NCBI RefSeq assembly: GCF_004010195.1
Contig: NC_057753.1
Span: 2,838,782-2,887,317 of the forward strand
Direction of reading: 5' to 3'
Length of the DNA stretch: 48,536 bases
Source: Chiloscyllium plagiosum
Taxonomy: Eukaryota
Below the pieces are notes generated by a model, which saw only the letters and a program-made list of their open reading frames with translations, was not told where the DNA came from and made no database searches. Position 1 is the first letter of the stretch; every line of letters begins with the position of its first letter. This document shows positions 1 to 11,884 of the stretch, in pieces. A program made the position numbers and the translations under genes.

Positions 1-1584
1 GTTTCCACACAGCAGGGAATCTAATCTGGAAGCTTGGTATGCGTTTTCCATTTTAAGAACCGTGTTTTGAAGGAGCTCTGGTCTTCCATTTCAAAGCCAA
101 ACTGGAAGTCAGGTCTTGCGAAGTTCTAAGAAAACAAAAGGGTAGTTTAGATTGTACGTCTGTGGAACATGCTTATGCTGGTGTGTACCAGGAGCTTGGA
201 AGGGATGCATTTCGTCTCGTAAATTTTACAGTCCGAGAGATAGACTGACACATGAAATTAAATATGGAAAATCCATTATTTTGGGTCCAAATCACCTTTC
301 AAATAAATTATCCAGATCTGCCAAACATTTGAATGGACGAATTGCTTCGAAGTGGAAGGCAAATAGATTTTACAAGAAAGTTCCATTGCTTGCAGCTTTG
401 CGTCTCTGCATGTTGTGACTTTGAAATTGCCCAAGTTGAATGTTCAAGTATGCAATGCTTCTTTCGTTTAATTATAATACTAGAAATCTCTTATTTCCAA
501 CCAAAATAATAAAAAGCTGAATGTCTGTCCAGTTTAAATTGTAGGCTTATCAATGTCTTGTTTGTCCTTCTGCATGTACTGTGGTTGTCGTTAGTATCGA
601 GTTCAAAACTAGTACAAAATTGAAGGCATGTATTCCATTGTAAGGACAGCATTTGACTTCACCACGAAACGCTTGAAGTGAGGAACTTTATTATTTCCAG
701 ACGCGGGCTTCACAAAGTCCTGCATTAAGTATCAAATGTAGAATTTGCAATAATGTTGAAAAACAAGTAAGTGCCAAAAAATTTCATTACAATAATTTCC
801 TCATTCCCAAATTTCTGAAATGGCACTCAAGTTCTCAATTGCTGATTCGAATGCAACATTTCATTAACTTTTTCGGCAGTCATGGCTCATATTGTCAGCC
901 CAGGTTTGTTTTGACGCAACGATTTACATTGGTTATGAAGCTGCATTCAAAATAACAAGTCAAGGTTTGACGCTCTGCTTCTACAGTGTCTTGGAAGTGA
1001 CCTGCTTATAAACCAGGCAGGAAAATTATCATAAACTGCTGCCGTCACCTTGAAGACGGGTTTCAAGTTTCGCGTTCTATGTTCATTGATAATTCAAGAC
1101 AGTTTTGGCAGAGTTATTTAATTTGTTCCTCGCTGTTTCAAAGAACCGAAGGCCTTACTATTTCTAATCAGTTCAAATTTAAGCACATCAGGCCCAGCAG
1201 GAGTGCAGTCTGTCAGCAACCTAAATAAATACATCTAAACTCGTACGTGAACACGTGGACTTAACGACTGAAGCTGAGTTGTGTTCTGGGAAAGGAGGCA
1301 AAAATAATATTGCAAGGGGAATGGAGGAAGTAACAGACAGCCTACAACTACTTCGTGTGAGTTTTTCTTTTGTTTTTTGTTATAATAGAGGTGCAGAGAA
1401 AGAAAGAAAAGAAAAGAGTCAGCGAGCCGAGGAAACTGAGGGACATAAGAATCTGGTGAAATGTCTTTTATCATATGCAGTCCAAAACATAAGACGTTAA
1501 TGCTGCACACTTGGAACAAAGTACTTTCAAATAAAGGTGGGTTTGTTTCTCTTTTTTTAAAATCTGATCTCCTATAACGTTAGT

Positions 1585-2315
1585 GTCATAAAGTCAGAGA
1601 GATCTACAGCATAGAATATTACCATTCAGTCCACATTTCCATGCTGGGGAAAACGACCATATTCTGCAAATTCCATTTTCCAACACCCATGCCATTGCTT
1701 TGGATACATAGAATTAACAGCATGGAAAGTGACCCTTCAGACCAACCCGTTCGCACTGACCAGCTATCTGACTGACCTATCCCATTTGCCAACGTTTGTG
1801 AACAGTTTTGGGCACTGCATACACGGCAGAGTGTGCTGACATAGGCGAGTTCTGAGAGGTTAACAAGGATGATCCCAGGGATGAAGGGCTTATCATATGA
1901 GTAGCGATTGCCGACTCTAGGACTGTGTTCGAAGGAGTGTAGAAGGATGGCGGGAGGTATCTTTGAAACAGAATACGGAGAGCACTGTCTAGAGTCAATT
2001 TTCAGATGTTTTCACGAGTAGCAGAGACTAGGACGAGAGGACACAACCGCAGAGTGACGGGAGGGCCCTTCAAAACTGAAATGAAAGGAATGATTTTCAG
2101 GAAGATGTTGGCAAATGAGTGGAACTCGGTGCCTCAGAAAGCTGTCGAGGTCAGGTTGTTGAGTCGTTATCAGAAAGAGACAGATAGTGTCTTATTTAAT
2201 AACTGGAACAAGGGTTACGGGGAGAAGGCAGGAAAAGGGGCCGAAAAACATATCAGCGATAATCGAATGGTGCTGCAGAGTATTCGACAGAATGCCGAAT
2301 TCTGTTCCTGGATCT
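1585..2315. mobile_element. Old nested CR1 LINE/SINE 3' fragments, shared with duplication copy B
   Basis: Minus-strand 3'-tail-like pieces at about 1585-1790, followed by a degenerate + strand CR1 C-terminus (TRTRGHNRRV...FKTEMK...WNSVPQKAVE) in ORF 2006..2518. Confidence 0.7.
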
Positions 2316-2924
2316 CTTTGACAAGTAGTTTTATAGCTGACCTCCAGTCCCCAGAACCTCTAATGCGGCCTCAAAAGAAATGTCCATTTGTGTTGCGATT
2401 GCCATACTCTTTCTTCCATTGCTTCATTCAACAATCAGCGATACATTTTATCAGTCCTAGACATTTACCTGCTTTAAACCTGCCTGACTACTCAGTATCT
2501 TTTCTGTGCCTATCCTAAATTTTACTATTCTTTCACAGACTTTCACCCTAACTTATATGGTCATCTTAACCATCTGAACACCAACGCAAATTATTCACTT
2601 AGAATAATATTGGCATTCTCTTAGCTATGCATACATTATTGCTATGGTTATTTATTGGTCTTACGGTTTCCAGTGTTATCCTGCTGTCTTTCATAAAACT
2701 TTGCAACAACTTAAAATAAAGGAATATCCTCATGCCAGTACCCTTTTATATCGCCCCTTTTTTCCCCCAACCTCTTTATTGAGTTCTTCTTTGCACATTC
2801 TACACTCCTCCAGTGCTTATAATGTCTTGAGCCTTTTTATTTCTTTTTAAACTGAATTTACGTTATTTTTACCTCATGATCAGTGACACGGGATCAGCTG
2901 GCTGAGATCATTTCCTATGTTGAA

Positions 2925-3020
2925 ATATGTGGGATGCTTCTCGGAGGGTCATTGTGAACTCGATGGGCCACATGGCCAACTCCCTTACTGTAGGGATTCT
3001 ACGATTCTATTCTAATCTAT
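2925..3020 (+). mobile_element. HE1-like SINE 3' tail fragment
   Basis: ggagggtc...gatgggcc...actgtagggattctacgattctattctaatct resembles the HE1/HER1 tail. Also present in copy B at about 29515-29600. Confidence 0.6.
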
Positions 3021-3239
3021 GTGTTCTCCATATTTTCCTGTTATGAAACAGATTTACCTGAAGCATGTGCTTCCAGTCGAATATGGCCAAATCATGTCAT
3101 ATCGAGTTTGTTTCTTTTCTACTGGACAGTTCATGGCCTATAAAGCACTACCATTTCTGTGTTTCTTTTTAATTGTTACTTTATGCCCGAAGAATTCTTT
3201 TTGAAATAAATTCGATGATGTCATTTTTCTTTGCTGCAG

Positions 3240-3440
3240 TCAGAGATGCCCTTCCTCAAAATTGCCTCCTTCTCTGTCTAACCTGAAGACCTTGTAAATC
3301 TCGAATTTTGAGCTACAAAGCCAGCCCCTCGATCAACCATGTCTCACTGACAGCAACGGCATGATGTACTCAAGTTTCAGTTAATGACATCAGCTGATGT
3401 GCCTTCTTCATCAGATTCCATGTCTCAAAATACGTAATAT
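3240..3440 (-). mobile_element. Very old CR1 endonuclease-region fragment
   Basis: Degenerate similarity to the CR1 copy at about 18600-18780 (ctgaag...caacca.gtctc). Confidence 0.45.
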
Positions 3441-4107
3441 TATTTAAATTGGCCAAAATATTCTATGTCGTAGCTGAACTGTGATATTCATATATTTCAG
3501 ATTCATTTGTTGTTATTTCTTATGTCAGCAATTCTTCTTCCCTGACTGAACATTCTCTCTGGATCCCAATTATTTCTGTGTTTTTTTTTTACACGCACCT
3601 CAACAACACAAGCACGAAGAGATTAACGTGGAAGGATGACTGATTCATCACACTGCAGGTGCAACGCATCCACCTTCTACAGAACACACCACTCACAAAA
3701 CAGTGCAATAGTCCCAGAAACCTAAGGCCAGAAACGTGTTCAGCTATTTCTCCAGCTAAGCGTCTATCTGGACAAAATCAGTTTGATACTGCTTAGCGTG
3801 TGCCACTGAAAGTGATCCAAAGTGGAGAACACTGCCTGGAAGTGAAATTGTAACACTTTCAAGTCAGGTATTCTAGAAAGCATTGGGAATAACTGAAGAT
3901 AAATAGTCTGCAGAGTTACAGTTAAAATGCAGGCAGATGGCACAAAGCCATAAAATTAAATGCAGAGCTGGTCCAAGCAGTACCAGCTGATTTGCTTCCT
4001 TGTGCATCATAAGACATACATGACTCTGTATCGTCAAAATACACACTGAAGTAGTTCGAGAAGTTCAACCATCTGCCTATCCAACAGTGGCTATACATTG
4101 AACTATA

Positions 4108-5871
4108 TAAAGAACAAAAACAAAGAATGTTTACACACCAGGAACAGGCCGTTTGGCCCTCAAAGACAGAGCCGATCCAAATCCATTGTCTAAACCTTGC
4201 GCCCAATTCCTAAACATCTGCATATCTCTGCTTCCCACCTGCTCATGCATCTGTCCAGACGCATCTTACATGCATCCACCGTGCCTGCCTCTACTACCTT
4301 TGCTGGCAACGCGTTCCAGGCTCCTACCAAACTCTGTGTGAAGTACTTGCGCGTGTATCCCCCTTAAACTTTTTACCTCTAACATTGAAAGGGTGACATT
4401 TCGTTATTGAATCCTGGGAAAAACTTTATCTCTATCTATCCTATCTATTCCCTTCATGATTTTGTAGACCTCACTCAAGTCTCACCTCAATCTCCTACTT
4501 TCTAATGAAAACAATCCAAACCTACTCAACCTTCCTTTATACCTAGCACCTTCCCTACCAGGCAACATCCTCGTAAATCTTCTCTGCACCCTCTCCAAAG
4601 TGTTCACATCTTTTTTGGTAATGTGAGGACCAGAACTGTACACAGTATTCTAAATGTGGCCGAAGCAATGTGTACAATTTTAACATGACCTGCCATCTCT
4701 TATACCCCATGCCCCGTCCGATGAACTCAAGCATATCGTATACCTTCTTGACCACTCTATCCACCTGTGAAGCAACCTTAAGATAAAATGGACCTAAACT
4801 CCCATATCTCTCTGCTCATCAACTTTTCCCAAGGCTCTTCAGTTTACTATATAATTGGCTCTAGAATTAGTCTTCCCAAAATTCATCTCCAACATATTTG
4901 CCTGGATTGAACTCCATCTGCCACTTCTTCACCCAACTCTCCAGTCTATCTACATTCTGCTGTATTCTTTGAAAATCCCCTATGCTTTCAGCTACTTCAC
5001 CAATCTTCCTGCCATCTGCAAACTTGCTGATCATACTAACAGTGCTTCCAAATCATTTACGTATATCACAAACATCAGTGGCCCAGCACTGATCCCTGTG
5101 GAAAACAATTGGTCGCCTTTCTACATTTCGAGAAACTCCATTCAACTACTACTCTCTGTCCCCTGTTGCTCAACTGGTTCTTTATCCAACTAGCTAGAAC
5201 ACCCTGCATACCATATGACTTCACTTTCTTCATTATTCTTTCATGGGGAACCTTATCAAACGCCTTATAAAATCCATGTATATGACAGCTACAGCCATTC
5301 CCTCACCAATCAATTTGGTAACTTCCACAAAGAACTTTATTAACTTAGTAAGGAACGATCACCCCCGCACAAAACCATGTTGGCTATCACTGATAAGCCC
5401 ATTATTTTCCAAATATAAATAGATTGTATACCTCAGTACCTTCTCCAGCAACTTTCCCACCACTGACGTCAGGCTTACTAGTCCATAGTTACCCGAAATA
5501 TTCCTACTACCCTTCTTGTACAGTCGGACAACATGAGCAACCTTCCAGTACTCCGGCACCTCACATGCGTTGAAGGATGCTACAAAGATATCTGTCAGGG
5601 CCCCAGGTATTTCCTCTCTCGCCTCCCTCACCAACCTGGGATAGCTATCATCCGGTCCTGGGGATTTGTCCACCTTATTAAACTCGAGCCTATCCAACAC
5701 ATCTTCCCTACTTCCGCCAACGTGATCCAAAGTAATCACACTTAAATCTCTAACCTCAATATTCATCATGTCCTTCCCCTCAGTGAACACTGATGCAAAA
5801 TAATCATTCAGAATCTCACCCATTCTCTTATGTTAGACACATATCCATCCTTCTTTATCCTTTAGTGGACA
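4108..5871 (-). mobile_element. CR1/HER1-type LINE, 5'-truncated and degenerate
   Basis: Minus-strand ORF fragments [40 protein letters not shown] and RPHLEYCVQFWS. The 3' tail (aagaacaaa repeats) is at about 4108. Absent from duplication copy B. Confidence 0.93.
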
Positions 5872-5889
5872 AGGCTGTCTTATAGGCTT

Positions 5890-7050
5890 GTCTTGATAGA
5901 AAAAAGACAAGAGATTTGGGTGATCCGCTTTGCTTCCACAGAGAACCAAGCTGGGCACATTGTATGGTAATGATACAGTTCCTCACTTGAATTGGGGAGT
6001 CAAGCACCAACTACAAAACGAGCACCCAACCTAATATCAAACATCCCTTACTTATTCTGTCATCTTTTTTGGACTCACATATGTGAGCAACGCCTACAAC
6101 AAATGAATCGCAAAGTAGGGCAACTGCTGAAAATCTTCAAGGAAAAGAGAAAATGCTGGATACATGCTTGAGAACAAACATGGCCATCGACTCATATAGG
6201 TCTTCAGCAGAGAAAAAAGAATATTTTGGGTCATCAAGTCTGTGCTGGTCAAAAGCAAGTAGGTATCTATGGAGAGATTGTTTTAAAAATCCCATCGTCC
6301 AGAATGAATTGATATAGAACTTGAAGAGCAATGTAAACTCAGATGTGCAACAAAAATTGAAAATACGACAAGCAAAACGTTTCTCCCTTAGAACGATCCT
6401 GTGGAAAAATGAAGCTAGTAATATAAATCATGTAGTCATAGGATGGCCAGCAGTGGAAACCTCATTTGAACACAAGTGTCAGAAATACTGAGGCACTCAA
6501 ATAGTTAAATACTGAATAGAGGTTTCTTTTAAAGTGATTATGTGAGAAAAAGGAAGTCATTTTATGGTAGTGAGGTAATCAAAGAGGCCAGTAGTGAAGG
6601 AAAACGATGGAGGGTCATGGATTCAGATCCACCGTGAGGGAACAGTATCTGTCCTCGCCATGTAAACTCCCACAGATTACAGAGCACAGGTAATGGGGGA
6701 AAGCTCCAGCTAATATTCTTTGAAGAAAGTTAATGTCAGTTATCACTGTCAGCTGAGGGTAGAAATTTAGAAAAAGAAAAATAACTCCTTTGGTTTCAAT
6801 TTCCTGGTATTCATTCACCACTTCTTAATTCTGCCAAAGAAAAATCTGTACCTGCTCTCTACTACACTGTGTCCGTCAATGTAGTTGTCAGTCACTTGAT
6901 GTTTTTGTTCTTTGATATAAAAAATGTTGAGAATTGGGAGATGCAGAGGGAATGATTCGAAGATAGCAGCTACTCCAGTTCTTGATTTCTGTCCTCGGTC
7001 TTCATGTGACTGAACAGAGCCGCAGACTTTGACACATGAGGCATTATATC
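5890..7050 (+). repeat. Segmental duplication copy A, part 2 (paralogous to about 29795-30730)
   Basis: ttccacagagaacca, gtgagcaacgcctacaacaaatgaa and gatggccag.agtggaaacctcat occur in both copies. Confidence 0.9.
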
Positions 7051-7742
7051 CCTTAAGTTGCTGGGAGAAAGAGACCAGCATTTACTTAAGGGACATAATG
7101 CCTCATGTGTCAAAATTTGCTGCTCCGTAATGACACATGAAGACCGAGGACAGAAATCAAGACCTGGAGTAGCTGCTACCTTCGAATCATTCCCTCTGCA
7201 TCTCCCAATTCTCAACATTTTTTATATCAAAGACCAAAAACATCAAGTGACTGACAACTACATTGACGGACACAGTGTAGTAGAGAGCAGGTACAGATTT
7301 TTCTTTGGCAGAATTAAGAAGTGGTGAATGAATACCAGGAAATTGAAACCAAAGGAGTTATTTTTCTTTTTCTAAATTTCTACCCTCAGCTGACAGTGAT
7401 AACTGACATTAACTTTCTTCAAAGAATATTAGCTGGAGCTTTCCCCCATTACCTGTGCTCTGTAATCTGTGGGAGTTTACATGGCGAGGACAGATACTGT
7501 TCCCTCACGGTGGATCTGAATCCATGACCCTCCATCGTTTTCCTTCACTACTGGCCTCTTTGATTACCTCACTACCATAAAATGACTTCCTTTTTCTCAC
7601 ATAATCACTTTAAAAGAAACCTCTATTCAGTATTTAACTATTTGAGTGCCTCAGTATTTCTGACAGTTGTGTTCAAATGAGGTTTCCACTGCTGGCCATC
7701 CTATGACTACATGATTTTATATTACGAGCTTCATTTTTCCAC
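6401..7742. repeat. Large inverted repeat (palindrome): arms 6401-7058 and 7084-7742, 25 nt spacer
   Basis: Arms are reverse complements of each other, with identical 68 aa ORFs at 6615..6821(-) and 7321..7527(+). About 14 substitutions and 1 indel counted by eye. Confidence 0.98.
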
Positions 7743-8486
7743 TAATGGCTAATGTGTAAGCAGATACTTTACAAAAATCAAAAAATCATTACATTAACAC
7801 TGATCTAAACGGCTTACCTAATTTCTAATATTAGAAAATTCTGAATGCAATCACAACGGATAAACACAGTACTCAGTTTGAATGCAGTGACAGAGTTCTT
7901 TTTATTCATTTGTGTGACTTGGGCTTGTCAGGCTGGCCAGCATTTATAGCCCATCCATATTTGTCCTGAAGAAGATAGTGGTGAGCTGCCTTCTTGATTC
8001 GCTAAGTGCACTTGCTGTATGTTGATCCACAATAGCAGTGTGGAGTGAATTCCATGATTTTCTTCTTACGTCTGTGAAGGAACGGCAGTATATATCCAAC
8101 TGTGGGTGGAGTATCTTGCAGGTAGTGGTGTTCCCAAGTATCTGCTGCTCTTGTCCTTCATGATGGAAGTATCTTTGGCCTTGGAAGATAATGCCTAAGG
8201 ATCTTTGGTGAATTTCTGAAGTGCATCTCGTAGATAGGACATATTTTTGCCCCTGAGCATCGGTGGTGGACGGATTGAATGTTTGCAGATGTGGTACCAA
8301 TCAAGCGGGTTACTTTGTTCTGGATGAGGTCAACCTTCTTCAGTGTTGTTTGAGCCGCACCATCCAGGCATGTGGGGAGTATTCTATTACACTTCTGACT
8401 TGCGGTGGATAGAATTTGGGGTTTCTGGAAGTGAGTTACTCGCTACAGTATCCCTCGTTTCCCACATGGTCTATTAGCCACTGTGG
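7743..8486 (-). repeat. Inverted paralogue of about 25437-26190 (3' end of an L2/CR1-like LINE plus its unique flank)
   Basis: taatggct...cagatactttacaaaa...ctgaatgcaatcacaac is the reverse complement of about 26040-26190. It continues into the LINE 3' end on the minus strand (about 7900-8486). Confidence 0.85.
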
Positions 8487-8494
8487 TGAAGTGC

Positions 8495-8712
8495 GGGGAC
8501 TGCAGGGGTTTTCCACAGCTTGAATTGAATCAAGAGAAGTCTCTGCTTTTGTCATCTTGAGAAGAGCATAGAGGTAAAACGAGATTAATATGCTAAGCCG
8601 GGCAAGCAGGAAGAGTCTTATTAAATTGCATTTACTGCGAGTTAGCACAGCCATGATGGATTCAATGATCAGCTGTGCACTGTAAACGCCCAATAACTTT
8701 ATTTGAGCGAAA
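8495..8712 (+). repeat. Segmental duplication copy A, part 3 (paralogous to about 32047-32272)
   Basis: gggactgcag...aatatgctaagc.gggcaagcag...catgatggattcaatgatca...atttgagcg present in both copies in direct orientation. Confidence 0.85.
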
Positions 8713-10310
8713 AGCGATCGGTGGATGAAGTTGATAGGTCAGAAGGGGCAGTGATGGACGAGTCCCGAGGGCGGTGCCGATTTGGAGGCTTGGGACTGAG
8801 ATAATGCGGGGGGAGGGGAAATTAAGGAAGCTTTTTCAAACTACATTTATCCCGTGTGGTTGCAGGGTCCCAAGGCAAATATGAGGCGTTCTTCCTACAG
8901 GCTTCAGGTGGCAACAGTTTGGCGGTGGAGACGACCCAGGACCTGCATATCCTTGATGGAGTGGGAGGAGGAGTTGAAGTGTTAGGCCACGGGGCAGTGG
9001 GTTTGGTGGGTGCAGAAGTCCCAGAAATGTTCTCTGAAATGATCTGCAGGAAGTAGTCCTGTCTCCCTGATGTCGAGGAGACCACACCGGGTGCAACGAA
9101 TGCAATCGATAACATTGGTAGAGGTGCAGATGAATTTCTGATGGTCGTGGAAGAATCCCTTGGGACCTTGGATGGAAGTGAAGGGAGTTGTGTGAGAGCA
9201 GGCTTTGCACTTTCTGCGGTGGAAAGGGAAATGTGCCAGGAGTGGGTGTTGGATGGTTGGGGAGGGTTGTGGACTTGACGAGGGAGTGACGGATGGAATG
9301 GTCTTTTCAGAATGCTGATAGCGGTGGGGAGAGTAATATATCTCTGATGGTGGGGTCCGTTTTGAGGTGGCAGAAATGGTGGAAGATGATTCATTGTATG
9401 TGAAGGTTGGTGTGATGGATGAAGAGTATCAGACGGTTCTGTCCTTGTTACGTTGGGAAGGATGGGGTTCAAGGGCGGTGGTGCATGAAGAGAAGGAGAT
9501 GCACTGGAGGACATCATCAACCACATTGGAAGGGAAGTTGGGACTTGTGGAAGAAGGAGGTCATCTGGGACTTTCTGAAGTGGAATTGCTCACCCTGGGA
9601 ACAGATGCGGCAGTGGTGGAGAACTGGTAATAAGTCATCGCGTTTTTAAAGGAGCTAGGGTGGGAGGAGGGGCGTTTAGGTAGCTGAGGATGTTAGTGAG
9701 CATGTAGCATAATTCTGTGGTTAGTCAGTCGCCAGAGTTAGTGATGGAGAGGTTCAGGAAGGGGAAGGAGGTTGCTGAGATGGTCCAGGTGAATTTGATG
9801 TCTCGGTGGAAGATGTTAGTAACGTTGATGAACTGTGCAAGTTTGTGAATCTTAGGAATGAGGTAGAATCGACCAGTGCGGGGTTCATGGACAATGAGGT
9901 TAGAGGCTGTGGATGGGAGATCCCCAGAGGTGATGAGACTGAGGATGGTCTGGGAGATGATGGTTTGGTAATGGCAGGTGAGGTCATGATCAAGTGGACA
10001 GTGGGAGGAGGTGCCTGTCAGTCGGTGCCTGGCTTGGGCAGTGTAGAGGTTGGTGCATCAAACAACTGCTGTACTCTCCATGTTTGTCGATTTAATGATG
10101 AGGTTCGGTTTTGAGGGCTGCACGTTGTGAGTGCCAGAAATTGGAGTGGATCAGGTGGTTGGACAGGTTAAGGCGCTTGATGTCACGGCGGCAGTTTGAA
10201 ATGCAAGGAGGTCAAGGGTGTAGCAGACCAGCATGGGGTGTCCAGGTGATGGAGTGCGTTGGATGCGGGAGAAGGGGTCCTCATTGGGTGAGCAGGTGTC
10301 TTGGTTAAAA
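8713..10310 (-). mobile_element. Penelope-like retroelement (RT plus GIY-YIG endonuclease), degenerate and internally deleted
   Basis: Minus-strand translation gives RFYLIPKIHK (about 9841-9871), QFINVTNIFHRDIKFTWTIS, and a GIY-YIG-type segment NVIDCIRCTRCGLLDIRETG...DHFREH (about 9030-9120). Confidence 0.88.
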
Positions 10311-10792
10311 AGTAGACATGAAGGCAGTGGCGGTGGAAGAAATGTTCAAAATCGCAACATGAATTAAACTTATCAATCTGGACTTTCGAGGGCGAGAAGT
10401 GAAACCTTTACTGAGGACATAGTGCATGTGTGGACAACACTTTCAGCTGGAGATGAGCTGCATGTACGACAGTTCGAAAATGAATATGCGCATCCCCCCT
10501 TTCCAAAACTTTCATACACTTGGAACTGCAAAGATTAATTGCTCACAGTATTAATCACGTGCTAATTCTACACATACGAAGCCCTACAAAGCTGTCCTGG
10601 CTGAAAGAAATGGGCAATGTTTGACACAACGCTAGGTAGAGCGTTGGATATTACTGAAAACAATTTCCAAAAATCAAACTTGTAGACTCTCCGACATATT
10701 CTTAAGTTCGTATTTTATCAATCGATTTCAAGCCAAGTGTCCGATGTGACATGGAGAATAAAATACAATTATGAAGATAGATATATGCCAAG

Positions 10793-11428
10793 CTAGACTT
10801 CCCTAATTTGTTTATGAAACATACTAAACAATTGGCTGAACGGATATTTCAGCCCATTTGTTAACTCGGCTCTGAATATTCTCTGTGTCCCAGCACAAAT
10901 AAACGGGTTAATGCAAGAGCTCAGTAACAGAAGCATAAATCCGCCCTGTTTCAGAATAAATGTGGAATTAGTAACATTGGATCCTGAGGAATATGTAATA
11001 CTTGCAAATCGTACATAAGAGATTGTTGTAAAATATAACAAATTTAAAAGAATAAAACTGCCCGAGATAGCAAAGTTTAAAATAATGGACTTCTTCCGCT
11101 TCTCCATCGCTGAATCATTCTGATTCCCTTCATTACTCTCAGTCCGCAGTCTTCTCCGCGTTCTATTGGCCGCTACAATGTGCCTGACAGTCAGAACATT
11201 GAGCAGTAAAATCAGAATGAATGGGAGGAAAGGGTTGAAAATAGATCGATCCCAATCATAGGTGGTCCAAGCTATTGATGCATACTGTGATAATTTAACG
11301 CTGCAGAACCAGGGTATGTTATTAATTATGTACATAGGTTCGATTTGAAAATATTTGATAACATTTTACATGCAGGTCAGTATGATTACGATTACGATCA
11401 CCTTAACGGCCACTTTCTCACTACAATA
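10793..11428 (-). pseudogene. GPR139-like: GPR139/GPR142-like class A GPCR pseudogene (ICL2/TM4 to C-terminus only)
   Basis: Reads YCSEKVAVKVIVIVIILTCM*NVIKYFQIEPMYIINNIPWFC...LPFILILLLNVLTVRHI...MEKRKKSI...SSCINPFICAGTQRIFR and aligns with the intact gene. In-frame TAA at 11366-11368 where the paralogue has Lys. No clear TM1-TM3 or exon 1 upstream. NPxxY is altered to NPFIC. Confidence 0.9.
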
Positions 11429-11884
11429 CCAGAAACTGAATGCGACAACAACTTAAAACAATTCAGTGTCACGGAACAGAGGACAAGAAGATATAGTTCA
11501 ACCTGCACTGCAGTATCGAATCTACTAACAGCAACTGAGCAAAGTTGTACATTGATGAATGAACTGGGTAAAAAAGGGAGGGAATGAAATGTGTTGAAAC
11601 TGGCGCAACTATCAGTTAATTCTTACTGATAATTAGGCAAAAAAATATTCATTTTGGACAATTCAACAAACAGCGCGCTCAAAACATCCTTATTCAAAGG
11701 AACAGAATATACATCAAACTCGAAAAGGTGTGTCTGTTTTCTGCCAACAGATCTGCTAGATCTGCCAATTTCATTCTCTATATCTGTTGGTGTTTGTGCA
11801 GCCTGCGCATTTAGTTTGCCTGCATTTTAGTCGGGCCAATATTTGAATGGAAGCATTGAGAACTCTCAGTTCGACAATTGGCAA

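Larger units (their letters stand above)
28..3190 (+). repeat. Segmental duplication copy A, part 1 (paralogous to about 26657-29760)
   Basis: Collinear, diverged match by eye. Examples: catgaaattaaatatggaa at about 251 and 26819; ggttatgaagctgcattcaaaa at about 931 and 27507; gagtagcagagactaggacgagaggacacaaccgcagag at about 2016 and 28585. Embedded old repeat fragments are shared by both copies. Confidence 0.93.

Noticed and set aside
6615..7527. Identical 68 aa ORFs and similar 88/89 aa ORFs on opposite strands
   Set aside because: By-products of the palindrome. They have non-ATG starts and no recognisable domain.
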